From Utricularia gibba (Eukaryota > Plantae > Magnoliophyta): a DNA stretch of 64,000 nucleotides. Under the pieces are notes generated by a model. It ran no database searches, had not been told where the DNA came from, and was given only the letters and a program-made list of their open reading frames with translations. Below are positions 51,481 through 64,000 of this stretch, piece by piece. The translations under genes and the position numbers were made by a program. The DNA is taken from NCBI GenBank assembly GCA_002189035.1, contig NEEC01000020.1, positions 1,426,001-1,490,000 on the forward strand, in the 5' to 3' direction. Every line of letters begins with the position of its first letter. Positions within the stretch are counted from its first letter, which is position 1.

Positions 51481-53636
51481 GAGTTGCAATGGGCATCTTC
51501 TTCAATAAAATTTTACCTACTGCTAAATTTACTATTGCTTCATCAATGCACAATAGCTTATCATAAAAATATTTCACAAGATCATTGGATGGAAAATCGT
51601 GATATGTGCAAGATCCCAACAATTGATTGAAATACTCTCAATATTCATGAAGAGATTCTCGAGACATTTACTCAATATCATTAATTTCATTTCTAATTCT
51701 TTTAGCCTTGGATGTTCTAAAATTCTTGCTCAATAACACTTTCTTCATTTTTTCCCAATTCATGATGCTTCCTAGCTTTAAAGAATTAAAGCAGAATTCA
51801 ATGCTAAAAAAAAATCTGTGCACAAAAAGAGCCAAATATATTTAATATTAATGTAATTTAATAGTTAATCAAACGAATCAAAATGTAACACAAATGTTTT
51901 TATTGGTGGAATTGTTTGAAATTAAATAAACATATGATGAACGATATGATTATGGAATAAGAAAATAAAAGATCTTAAGTTTAGCACTTGGATTGTAAAA
52001 AAACAATTAACAAACCAATAAATAACTATGAGAAGAAAAGCAAGCAACATAAAATAAGGATAATGACCAATTAGGCTTTGGAATATAGTTTGACATGGTT
52101 TGACATAGCGCTCTATAGTTGTAAGACCAAAGACTTTTCCCCTGGATGGTTGAGTGCCTAAAGTGGACAATATCATGCAAGATGAGAGTGAGCCGTGACA
52201 ACAGTAATTAAAAGATAAGCTTTACGTAGTAGGTTTTTTCGGACATTTTCTAGGCTCAGAAGGAATTGCTATAATAACCACCACGTGCGTCTAAGGCTAG
52301 ACAAGATATTACATAGAAAATTTGTTAATAGTGAATTGGTGAGTAGTATGCACTAAAGTGAAGTTTAGGTTACTATGAATTGTGGAGTTGTGCAAAAATC
52401 ATAAAATTTTGTAAGAGAAATTACATCAAGTTTTTAGTTTTTGCAGAAATTACATTGAAAGTTTGCTCTTTGTTTCATTTGCAAATATGTGCTTATGTGA
52501 ATGCTTATGTGTTTCATAATTTCTTTTGTGCTGATTGGTTGCGATTCTTGGAATCTCATAAACTTGAATTTTAAAATCTTTCAATGTTGGTTATGTTTAA
52601 ATAAAGAATTTCTTGAATTAGAGATGAAGAAGTAAGCTATGAATTTTCTCTTCAAAGTGCTCAAAGTTGTCAAATGTCAAATACTTTCTACTAGGGAATC
52701 GGATTTTGGTAATTTTTTTTCTTGAGAAACCATTGCTCCTTAGATTTCAAATGGAACATATTTGATAAATTTCAAACAAACAATGGGCCTTTCAATTTGA
52801 TGTGCAAAATGATTTTGTGAAGTAAAAGACCCTTGTAGGAGTTGTGGACACATATATATCAAACATGCTTGAGGCAACTTCTCATTGATAATAGTCATCA
52901 AACAGTTTGAAGTTGAAGAAATAAAAGGATAAAGGAGCTGCAACCAAGTGGAATTGATGTGAGCCACTTACCCTTGACTGGTTTCATGAGATGAGAGCAA
53001 AAAGAACCTCTTGAACTTGGTTTTTGTGGTTTCCAGATTGAAGTTTACTAAGGATGATGAGACATAGCCATGTGAATAAATGGCCACTTAGATAAATGAC
53101 TCATTATGTGATAGATGTTTTTTATTGTATGTCCTTCCTTCATATGGATCTTACATTTTAAACTATTTATTACTTGCTTTACATGTTCTTCTTGATGCTG
53201 AGTTTTGTATTCAATATACTAAGTGTTTTGAAACAAAACCCAAGGTATCAGTTCCGGTTTCAGTTTGGTTCAAGGTTTTGGAATTCGGTTACACACCGAA
53301 AGCGAAAGCATGATCCACGGCGAACCATGGTTTATGAATCAACGGTTCGCTGGAACTGTGCGGTTCGAAATAGAAACCGTACTGTTCACAACTGTCGCAC
53401 CTCTACCTAGAAGGGTATTTAGAGTTGATCCTTGTTTCTAAACTACATTTCTAGTCTATGTTCAAGTGTTCATCTAGCTTAGTGATGTAGTAGGTAATTT
53501 TGTAGGATAGCTGCATGCTCATCTCACTCACGTTTGCCTGACCATGGGTTATCGGCTTGGGTTTGGTTTTCATATCAAATGTAATGACCCACTCTTCACT
53601 TGTATAATATTGTGTGCGTCAAACATTTAACTCTAA

Positions 53637-56513
53637 GGGCATCTCCAATGATTTCAAGAAATCTGGAGTGCCATGTCACTTTTACTACTTTTCCGAAAAT
53701 CGAATTACTAAATTTCCATTTTCTTTATGATCATTTTCATAAACATATAATATTGAAGGAGAGAAAAGATAATTGATAAAATGTTAAAAAAAACATACAA
53801 CAGAAAAATAAATTACGGAGACCAATTTCAACACAACTAGAACAACTGAAAATTAAAATCATCCACACAAAAATATCAATCGAAATTTTCCAAAATATGC
53901 CCAATCAAATCCCTTTTCAACCATCAATGGACGTTAATATGACGTGAGTGTTCCACATGTCCGAGGTAGCTTTGCAAATTTGTTAACATTCCCATAAATT
54001 TCCGGAGGATGAACTGTTGAACAATGATCATAATCATCTTCAACATTATTAGGAGGAATTATTTGACTTTCGTCTTCAATTAAAATGCATACATAATATC
54101 TTTTAGCATCTTTCGATCCCAAACTCTTGCCGACATTGTCAGAATCGCAAATTGGATTTGTAAGATCTCAAAAGTGTGTTCTATATATTTTTTGACACTC
54201 TTTTGTAATTACGAAAATAGCCAAGCTTTTCGACCTTGTGGCAGTGTGATGGACTTCATAAAAATAGGCCATTCAGGATAAATTCCATCTTGCAAATAGT
54301 ATCTCATGTCATAGTTATTGCCATTGATAGTAAGTTGTTCCCGGGCCGGAATAGTAGCGCTGGACTGGGTTCTAATGTTGTTCTTGAGGATAAAGTTCTT
54401 CTTCTCCTCGCCTGGTCGGTGTTCTTATTAAGTATTTGATGTTTATCAAAAAATTTCTATTTTTCTATTTTGTATATATTTTATGTCTTTCTTCTCACAT
54501 TTTGACCGAGACATATCAAGAGACTGTCGTGGAGTGTTGCAGGAGTATAGCAGGTGGTCAGACTCTGAGTTTTCGTGCCTTGTATGCGACTTGGAACAAT
54601 TGTGGGCGAAAGATTGACACTAGTCAAGGCTCCTAACTTACGGCATATCAGAGTCTGCAGAAATGATTGAGTGCTAACTTGCACGTAAACGAAGTCTGGT
54701 GGCGCATGCAAGACAGAATGAATGATGGGAAGGGGACCCGAAGGAGTTAATGCACGTGGGGAATGATATAAAAGACACTTGGAGCACTTAATTTCGGACT
54801 TTTGAACAATTTCTCTTGTACTTAGACTTTTTGAGTTCTTCCTCCCTTCAAGGAAGAAGAACACTTAGTTTCTAATTTCGTTTCTGTTTGATGACCCTTT
54901 GTGGCTAAAACCCTTTATTTCTAGGAGAAGATGAAGTTTCCTTCCAAGTCCTGAGCAATACACTCGGTTCTTAGCTGAATTGATTTCGGATTCTGCATAC
55001 TTCCACGCATCTTGTTGCAGTCTTTCTGTAATGACTCCTAGTCAAGGTGCATGAGTGGCAGGCCACTCCTCGGGGATTTTGGTGAAGATTAAGGTGAAGA
55101 GCACCAACTCCAACCCTGCCGGTTCGAGTGAAGTAGCGGATTGTTTGTGGCCTAGGTACCGCGACAGTGGACAGGTTGTGACCTCGGACCTGCCACTGGC
55201 CATTGGCAATAGCTGGGCACATGCGCACAATTCGGTTTTGAATTCAATCGAAGTCAATCCGTTTGTCTTCCTAATCGTCCAAGGGGAAATCACATGAGGC
55301 TATTCCCGTGCCTCCTTGTCAATCAGAGTATAAGGGAGAGTAAGCTATTTCTTGCTCCTATAACCAGCTATTCGAAAGAAATCAGTGAAAACCGAGGCAA
55401 GGACGGACAAAGGAAGGAGATGGAATCTTATTCCCAAGAACTGCGTACGTAGTCAAGGCCCATCACTTAGGTTGTAACTTTTATTTCTGCATCTTAAAAA
55501 CCCCCTTTTGCAAAACCGTGACATTTTGTGAAAGTTTCTTACAAACACTTTTCACGAAAAACAACTCCCTGAGATCGATACTTGTACTACGCTTTTTGTG
55601 TTTTACGTTTTATAAATATTTAAAATTTGTTGAGGAAACGACACGCAACATGGTTGCACACCCTATTTGTCCATTTCATGTGCATGTCTTGTTTCATTCT
55701 TACCTCCAACCTCCTCCTGATTCTTTTCCTTCAGAATTTCATTTTTAGCCTCCGGCTCTTCCCCAGCTGCCTCTTCTTCATTTCTGGAAATTTCCACATT
55801 TTCCTCCACTGGTGGCAGCACTTGTTTTCTAGGGAAAAATTCCAATTTTGGGTAATTTTCTTATCTTAAAAGTGAGAAAATTTTTGTGCTATCACCAATC
55901 TTCTATCAGTTATCCTATAAAAAGACACAATCAAATTTATCTAAACATCAATACCCCTTGATTACCCAAAACTCAGGTCAAAGAAATTCATGTAAATCGA
56001 TGATACTCATCATAAGAACCATCAATTCCCAATTCTAAACAAAGTAGAGGAGCAATAGTGACATGCGGCATCACATCATAAGAAACAGAAGACTGGAAGC
56101 AACGATGACAATGGACCTTGTGAGAGCTGTTCTAATGATAAAAACTCTTTCAAGAAACTGAGAGAAGGGCAACAGATAAAGGCTACGATTATGCAGAGGT
56201 TTTTCAAAACAGATGCATCTGATACTAGTCTTGTAAGTATAACGAGCCAGAAGTATGATGCATGAAGAAGAATAAAAAGAGAATGAGTACTTGATTCGAA
56301 TTTCGCATCAATGGAATTGATGTTAGTGGAATTGGGGAAGAGAAAAGCTGGCGCAATCTTTTGGTGCCTACTTTAATGGATTTCCACAATGAAAGTGGAA
56401 ATTCTACCATGTGGAAATTCGGACAAAACTACACCCACATAATGATTTCTAGAAATCTAATAAACGAAATGGACGTACCACATAAACTTCTGTGGAAACT
56501 GTTGGAGATGCTC
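53637..56513. mobile_element. Degenerate PIF/Harbinger (Tourist-type TIR) element with nested LTR sequence
   Basis: TIRs GGGCATCTCCAA / TTGGAGATGCTC with TAA on both sides (53634-53636, 56514-56516). A minus-strand CILIEDES fragment resembles the HNMIIEDE motif of plant PIF-like transposases. Confidence 0.7.
54440..55650 (-). mobile_element. Second copy of the 5987-7297 LTR, truncated at one end
   Basis: Colinear high similarity to 6080-7297, with the same terminus gcaaca at 55645-55650. No TSD was found. Confidence 0.85.
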
Positions 56514-57067
56514 TAATGATTTTATGTTCCTTCCTTCCGAAGAAAATGTATCATGCAAGATTAAAGAATGTGTTTCTATATAAATTCTCATTTTTCCTCA
56601 CGTGTAACTGATGTGATATTTTTCTAATATACTTATACCCTTCCTTGAGGCATGCCTTTCTACCCTTGAAAACTCAGTATCCTCACTAGGGTTCGCACCA
56701 CCACCAGTTACTAGCCTAGATTTGCTTTTGATACCAACTATATAACTCATCCCCTCATTACATTATATTGTCCATTTCGGACACTCAACCTTTATAGTTT
56801 TACATTCACTCCTTTTGGGAAAAAGGTCCTGCACAAGATTATCGAAGGCCCCTCTATGTAAACCCATACTTTTTCCTATACGTAACTAATGAGAGCATGG
56901 ATACAAAAGATAAAAAGAATGAAGATGAGTGAAAGAATCAATAATACTCTTGCAATTTCGCTTGGTCCAATCACAAAATCAAGAGTGTAATAGAATCAAA
57001 AAGTTACTAAAGAATTATGGAGTAATCAATAAAACTATGAAACATATGACATTGAGTTTAACCTTAC

Positions 57068-57607
57068 TAGTGGATGTGGGTTGGCTCGACCCATAGGCCT
57101 AGCCCAAATCAACCCCTAAGCCATACAAGTCAGACCCTTCTTATGGGATTGACAGGTTGAGCAGGTCAAATCAACCCATGACCCATATGGGTCAGATCCA
57201 TTGGGCTACAAGTTCAACACCAAAAACAGTCCAAAATATATATTTTATAAATTATTTTTGTGATCCAAAATTTAATCTTATGTTTTTATATGTTTTATTT
57301 AAATATTAATCATATAAATATTATGATTAAATTATTTAATATAATTTGATTTAAAATTAAAAATATTAAATTTTTAAAAATGTACATTTTTTTCTCAAAT
57401 TTTGAGTAAATCCAATCTATGGACACTTAAACCCATAAACTTGTAATCGACCCATAGGTTGGGCCGAATTTGATTAAAACAAGTGGGGATGATCCACATA
57501 TGGGTCCAAATTATATTTTGGCCCATAGGTTAGATACGTAGGGTTGACAAACCTGTGGGGTCTAGCCCTCAACCCGTTGGCCCCAATCTATGCCGTGCCC
57601 ATCACTA
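57068..57607. mobile_element. Possible hAT-like MITE
   Basis: Ends TAGTGGATGTGGG / GCCCATCACTA, with repeated acccata/tgggt subterminal motifs around an AT-rich core; similar motifs occur at 48560-48720. No clean 8-bp TSD. Confidence 0.35.
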
Positions 57608-58521
57608 TTCAACTTACTCAAAATAGACTAAGAAGAGAGTAATGATGGGCCATGATTTCCTAATTTAATGATAATACTTGTCTTTTAAATAGGCCAATTT
57701 CTCTCTATATATAAGAATAGTCTTTTACTTGTCGATCATAATGTATTTTGAGAATAATATTATTACTTTGAGTTTTTGAAAAATTTTGAATTTATAAAAT
57801 TTTCTTTGTGATATCTAGTGTGATTCATCGATTATATGTTATTCTTATCTTGTGAGTTTGACACCATTTACATAAATTAGGTAATAAAGATATACCAAAT
57901 AATAATTATTTTCCAAACACTTATTATTTGAATAGTTGGCATAAGTAACTAATTTTGGATTTACCAAGTCCTTACACCCTTCCTTTTAACTTGATCTCAT
58001 ATGATATTTTGAAGGAAATCAAACTCTCTTGTCCCTTAAAATGATCTTCAATCGACATTGCGATTAAGGAGATAGTAGGGCCTTATCTTCTTTCTTTAAA
58101 CTCTGCCTATCCAGCCTTGGATCCATAAAGATGCAAATTCAGACGTTTAAAAAAACCCAATTAAATGTATTTTAATAATCATTAAACGTAATTATATATA
58201 TATAGAAGGCATTGAGAAGTCAAAAAGGTAATGAGAAATTATGCCGAATTTCAATATGAAAAATCCAATTTAATGTATGCCACTGAATTTTAAACGAAAA
58301 TAATCACTTGTATTCATTCCAAAAGGCACAATGAGAGTCAATGTATCCAATTAATGTGAATTCCCTTTTCCCCAAAATAGAACAGAAAGGCCACGATCGA
58401 GGGATGATTGATTCCAGCCATGCGATTGGATTTCAGAAATCAGTGTCGATTCCTTCTTCTTCGCATCCAACAATATCTATATCTCCCCCCAACATTCCTT
58501 CTAACGTTGCAAAACTTCTTC

Positions 58522-58917
58522 ATGGGGATGCATATCCTTCTGCTGCTTCTTCTGGTTGCATCCTACTACTTCTCCTTCGCTGAATCCTGCGTCTTCACTA
58601 AACCCGTCCACGTGAAGGTCTCGAGCTTTCTTGAAGGCGAAGCGGAGGTGCATTGCTTTTCAAAGGAAGACGATCTCGGGCACCATACGCTGCGCGACAG
58701 CGACCTGGAGTGGAGCTTCTGCCCGAGCATCTTAGGGAACACGCAGTTCTTCTGCAGCGTGTACTGGCAGCTGGAGAACAAGAAGAAGGAGTTCGTGGCG
58801 TATAGGCAAAAGGAGCACGGAAGTGCCAGAAATATGCTGTACTCGTTGCAGTTCGACGGGATATTTCTGTCGATCAATTATGGTGCCATCGACAAGAAGA
58901 TTGGTGATTGGGATTGA
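58522..58917 (+). CDS. SPH: S-protein homolog (plant self-incompatibility S1-like family), secreted, 131 aa, intronless
   Basis: Hydrophobic signal peptide MGMHILLLLLLVASYYFSFA, then VHCFSKEDDLG, WSFC..TQFFCSVYW and DGIF, ending in WD. Confidence 0.85.
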   Translation: MGMHILLLLLLVASYYFSFAESCVFTKPVHVKVSSFLEGEAEVHCFSKEDDLGHHTLRDSDLEWSFCPSILGNTQFFCSVYWQLENKKKEFVAYRQKEHGSARNMLYSLQFDGIFLSINYGAIDKKIGDWD

Positions 58918-59229
58918 ATATCCCGCATCGGAAATATTCTGAATGCTCCTTTTTAATAGTAACTCTCGCTTTTTAATTCACAAAACCGGAGACGGTGTCG
59001 GGGTGCCTTGCGGCTATTTCGAGACGGAATTTTGGAACCAGTAGACAAAATTTAAGACGTAAGACCAATCAAAGACAAACGGTATTTTGCAATAAATGTT
59101 ATTTAATAAAAAATTATCTAACGTGTATTTGGTAAAAAAGTTTGTAAAAAGATTATAAAGCAAAGAGTGCAAGGTTGTTTACAAGCTAGATACATTCGGC
59201 AGGTATGGTACTCATAATGGGCTACATCA

Positions 59230-61300
59230 TATCCCATGATTGTACTTAACCTAAGGGGAAATAGAGAATGTGCATAGACTTCATTGACCCAAACAAAACA
59301 TGTGAATATGGTTCTTACTCAGTTAATTTCACAATGCATGTGAATCAAGAGTATCACCAAATTTCACTGAAACCCCACTATCAGAGAAAAACTATTTTCA
59401 ACACAGGTGACCATGTTTTCTACTATGTGATAATATCATTTGGATTAAAGAATATAGGGCCAACTACTAGAAAACGACGAATAAGATTTTGGAACTTTAT
59501 GATCGTCTACATCGACAACATGGCTGTTAAGTCAAGGGGCGATGACCATGTGCATGCTCAGTGTTTAACTAAATTCTTCACCACTCTGAAGAAGTACGGC
59601 TGAAGATAAATGTTGAGAAATGTTGCTACAGGATGAGAAGTGATAAGTTTCTGAGAAAGAGAGATTGAGAAAGCCTAATTTGTTGGAATGGGGTGAGCAC
59701 GAAAGTGTTTGCAGTCCTAAGGGAGTACTTGATATCTACACTTTTCCTTGTAAAACTGATTCGCCCCAGCAACTCCTCGAGCTATGTATGGCTGTTTTAG
59801 AGGCAGCAATGAATGCTATCCTCTGAGCATTTCCACATATATTCACGAGTACATCATATTAGCCCAAGTTGGATTGACATCAAGAATGCCCTTATTGGGT
59901 TGTTGATTCTGGGGCTTATAGATTGTAGACACTAGAGGGTGAGGTTTTGGTTCGCTCCTGGAATATAATTTACTCGAAATAGTTCAATATTTAACTTGTC
60001 AGGTCTTTTATGATTCTCGATATCTTAGTTATTACAATTGATGTTTGCCAGCAGATGTTGTTATGATGAAAGGAAAATATGTTTTCTTATCGCCAAATAT
60101 TAATCAAAAGGTGTCAAAGATGCAAACATACACAAAATGCAAAATAATGAAACACAGAAGTATTGGAAATATACTAAAAATACATGTGCTCCAGAGGTGA
60201 GCAAGGCTCCTCAAGCATGTTCAGTGCTGGTTTCCTTCCGGGCATTCGTCATTATACGCTCCTTCAAGGTCCTCGTCATAGCTCCTTGTGCCACTCATGC
60301 ACCACGAAAGAGGTCCAGAACACTAACGGCTACACCCATCATTGAGAGTGAAGTTGAGCAGACTCCAACTTGTGCTTGAGGGCTAAAGACCAGAAAATGT
60401 GGCAATCTGAGCATTTTGCTGCTTCTGAAAGAAGATGAACACCATGGAAAAGTATCCATTCACACATTGGTTGAATTCAGACATTCAGACAGCATGGGTC
60501 CACTAAGCTTCTTCCCAGACTATCGGAGGAGCCTTGAGCCTCTCCACCTCTTCTAGCAACCTGTGATTTTCTTCCTCGTCTGCATGGTTCTGCCGGTTTG
60601 TGGCGGCCACGTGATGCTTGAGGATGGAGATTTGGGATATGAGCTTGGCCCTCCTTGCATCCTCCTTATCTACATCATTAACCGGCTCATCCCAAGGATC
60701 ACTGATCATATGTAGATTGGTAGATTCCTACTTCATTAGCCGGCACATATATCGCTGAACAGCATGAAGTCCAGTAGCATTGTTGCTTGTTGCCACCCCT
60801 GAAACATGAGTAACTGGGGCTGGATCCTCTGACTTGCGCCATGGCTCCCAAGCATCCCTTGGTAAATGAGAGCACTCTTCCTGAACAGCCTTCCAAACAT
60901 CGAGTACTTTTTTGGTTCATTTTTTACAGCATTATTTCCGACAACACAGTCTTTTTCAGAAAAATCATTCCTTCTTTCCCACCGAACGTTTCTCACTTTT
61001 AGAAAACTCAAATGGGAAACCAAGTCAGGTTTCTACAGATGATGCCATATGTGATTTTTCACTACAATATTATTTGTAGCTAATGGTTGAAAGCAACAAG
61101 ATGGCGAACAAGAATAGTAACTTGGAAAAGCAAGAAAGATCGAAGATACTCATGCTATATAAATGATTTCACTACGAAAATGAAAAGAGTGGTACAAGAA
61201 CTTTCAAAATACGTGTGCCCAAAACGCTCCATGGTTTCTTCATTCAACTAAGAGCCCATTATGATTTCTTCCTTCTCTCTTCCTTATATCGGGGGTGTTT
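59230..61300 (+). mobile_element. Degenerate Tat/Ogre-like gypsy remnant (RT-RNase H followed by an antisense coiled-coil-like ORF fragment)
   Basis: MCIDFIDPNK..YHQI..ISFGLKNIG..IVYIDNMAVKS (59268-59603) follows the RT motif order. The minus-strand piece at 60503-60709 is unassigned. Confidence 0.6.
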
Positions 61301-61635
61301 TACATGACTTGTAAAAAATTAAATTATAAGTAGTAGTAACTTAAAGTAAAAAATAAGTAGAAGATGTTTGTTTTAACTTATTTATAAAAGTTATAAGTAA
61401 AAGAAAACATATGTAAAAGCTTAAAGTTGAACTATTTCATGTATTGAAGTCGCATACTGCCAAAATAGTCTATGTGGCTTCACGATATCGACCAAAAAAC
61501 AAAAGTCTTTCTTCTTTTCTAAATCTGGCAAGAATATGAGTACCATCAATGGCACCAACCGCATCTTGAAAATGAGGCCAAAATCGAGAATCATTTCTTA
61601 TTTTTGCAAGGGAAGTCAACATATCACTCGTTGGG

Positions 61636-61873
61636 TGATAAAAGAAAAATTATGCAATGTCGTTAAATGCAAATTTCTCCTATCAAATAAATTTATAACC
61701 TAATACACCTTCAAGCATTAAAAAATTATGAACATAGTGATTAGGGTCGAACACGAAGAGGATGTGCTTGCTATGTGAGTGTTAATGTATGTAATCAGTG
61801 TCACGTTGTTAAAATTGATTTTAGCTAGGAATAAAACAGAACTACGATGGAATGCAGTAAGGATAAGTAATAA
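61636..61873 (+). mobile_element. 5' fragment of a TGATAA-family LTR
   Basis: Homologous to 8096-8320; the homology stops just before the tandem array. Confidence 0.65.
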
Positions 61874-61917
61874 GTTTTGGGTTTACATATAAACCACGCC
61901 CGTACACCCACATAAAA

Positions 61918-62335
61918 TTACCGCTCGATCCAAATTGCCCCTAAGACTCGAATGCTAATAACATGATTAAAATAAAAAATCACCGCTCGATCCATATTGC
62001 TCCCAAAGATCGAGTACTAATAAAATGATTAAAAAAAAATCACCACTCGAACGAAAATGCTTCCAAGGATCGAGTGCTAATAAAATGATTAAACAAAAAA
62101 ATCACCGCTCGATCCAATTCAAACTTAAGGAGCGAGTGCTAATAAAATGATTAAAATAAAAAATCATCGCTCGATCGAAATGACTCTCAAGGATTGAGTG
62201 CTAATAAAATGATTAAACAAAAAAATCACCGCTCGATCCGATTCAAACCTAAGGATCGAATGGTAATAAACTTATTAAAATAAAAAATCACCGCTCGATC
62301 CGAATCAAACGTAAGGATCGAATAATAATAAAAAA
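61918..62335. repeat. Seven about 62-bp tandem units, each with an inverted-repeat stem (ctcgatcc/ggatcgag) and a variable 13-15 nt loop
   Basis: Unit starts at 61918, 61980, 62040, 62102, 62164, 62226 and 62288. Confidence 0.9.
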
Positions 62336-64000
62336 CGTTTGGGTGTGAAGTGTTTTAGAAAACGTTATCGACCGAAATGAGGTGCAATATGGAAAGGTTT
62401 GTATACCTTTTGATTTTTTCTCACGGAATTGTTGCAGAAATGCACAGGGAATTGATAATAATATTAGCACACAGAATTGTTACATAAAATCAAATTCAGT
62501 CAAACATCCACATGAAATAGTTCAACTTTAAAGAAAACGATGTTCTTAATACATTTCAACTTCTCTTACTAATAGTCAAAGAAAACTATTTTAGATGAGC
62601 ACTCTTATATGCTCTGATAGATGCCAATCTCTCTTCATTGCTTGTTATACTCATAAAAGCTCCACGATAAACAATCTTGCCAAACGTCAATGCAGCAGCT
62701 CCAAACACACTTGTATCCTCTCGTACTTCTGGAATTCTCCTCACTATATCTAAGCACTCTGCAATCGAGGGTATCTTTGATCTTTGAAGCACAGATGAAT
62801 AAGATCCACTCTTTAACTGATTTGTTAAATCAGCGACTGACTCAACCAACTTTTCTCCTGTTTCTTTCATGGTTCTTCTTTGACATTTGTTTCCCACATT
62901 CACACTACTCACACCAACTTCCACACTTCCCTAAACATCAACGGATTAGAAGTAGGCTCAACCATGCCGAATCAGCTGTCGCAGTCACTAGTGTGAAGAT
63001 AACATTTTGCAAGTCAGAATAAATAGGTGGAGTGGTCTTGAATTTTTTACATGCTGGCATCTGTTAAAAAATATAAAATAATTGAGTCATAATACATTAA
63101 TCATTTATACATAAGTGTAAATATAACAAAAAATCACCTTAATTATTTTTTACCACCATCCATATGTTCCTGTTATTATTCCCAAATTGTCATCCCAACC
63201 ACTTCCAGTTGTCTTTTGAAGCCTAATCCATGTAGATCAATCTTTTTTTATTGTATTGAATTTATTCTTCAACTGTTTTATCACATAACGATGGCCCGTC
63301 CTTTCATTAAACTCTTTCAAAATCCCATGCCACCCTTGAGAATTGAAACATGTTCCAAACATATTGTTTGCATAGACTTGATGTACACAAGCTTCTAAAA
63401 ATATATTAGTATTTTTGTCCCAAGCAGCACTAGAGGTAGGCGAAAATGGTCCCTATTTATCCACGTGTTCCCTGGTTTCAAAAATTATTTATACATCATT
63501 TAATTATAAAACATCTAATACTATTTCAAATAAATTTTTAATAACAAAAGATAAAATAATAAAATTACACATATAAAAATATAAATACATACAACAAAAC
63601 AAGCCAATAGTATCATTAAATCACATATACACAAGAAAAGTATAAGGGATCATGATTTTTTAGACAATTAGTTACCCAAAATGTTCAATTACAGCAGCAA
63701 AAGTAAGAAGAAAGGTATGCGTCAGCTAAGAGTCCATCTCCCTGCATAGGCAACCGCACACAACACCAAGGAAAAATCAGATTTGTGAAAAAAAAGCCAC
63801 GCCTTGGATCATTGGCTCCCAACATTAAATACATACCATAAATAGAAAATAACATGCTTAAGATTATGTGTTTAGAAGAAAAAAACCTGATGAAACATAA
63901 GTGTAAGTTTTGATCCGTAACAGCAAAAAAAAAAAAAAAGATCCCTCTTGAGATGCTATTATGTTTTAATGCAAAATTTTCATAAATAACACTTAACAAT

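Larger units (their letters stand above)
61440..63420 (-). mobile_element. Degenerate PIF/Harbinger remnant (transposase fragment plus Myb/SANT ORF), interrupted by an LTR fragment and a tandem array
   Basis: KIRNDSRFWPHFQDAVGAIDGTHI..AVCDFN (about 61630-61445). ORF 62586-62924 resembles a Harbinger Myb ORF C-terminus (PSIAECLDIVRRIP..FMSITSNEERLA). Ends were not found. Confidence 0.7.

Noticed and set aside
52150-53630. LTR-like segment, plus a reversed PBS-like motif at 56724-56736
   Set aside because: Termini, TSD and partner LTR could not be established, so the element was not called.
61918-62335. CRISPR-like appearance (palindromic repeat with variable inserts)
   Set aside because: The variable parts are only 13-15 nt, sit inside the hairpin and are related to each other. 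The context is plant nuclear DNA with no cas genes.
63685-63999. Minus-strand ORF at the window edge
   Set aside because: No recognisable motif; low-complexity composition and truncated by the window.

Overview
Plant (eudicot-type) nuclear genomic DNA with spliced genes among abundant nested transposon remnants; there is no prokaryotic-type system here. Seven host genes could be reconstructed by eye: an SHL-type BAH-PHD reader with a truncated C-terminus, a NERD-like PHD/SWIB/Plus3/GYF/CCCH GW-repeat gene carrying an AT-AC minor-spliceosome intron, a CCHC zinc-knuckle gene, Complex I NDUFB9, mitochondrial ribosomal S31/bTHX, an Ole e 1-type proline-rich wall protein with a long [10 protein letters not shown] array, and an S-protein homolog. 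The TEs include an old CRM-like gypsy element (4008-15971) holding four nested insertions, a deleted copia, several solo LTRs, a MULE remnant, a Tat-like remnant and several PIF/Harbinger elements. The most notable observations are a Harbinger-type element carrying an intron-containing neurochondrin gene fragment (Pack-Harbinger-like), a 62-bp tandem hairpin array with variable loops, the U12 intron, and small frameshifts in three conserved genes that may be real or may be assembly errors. All family assignments come from recalled protein motifs and manual alignment; no database search was run.
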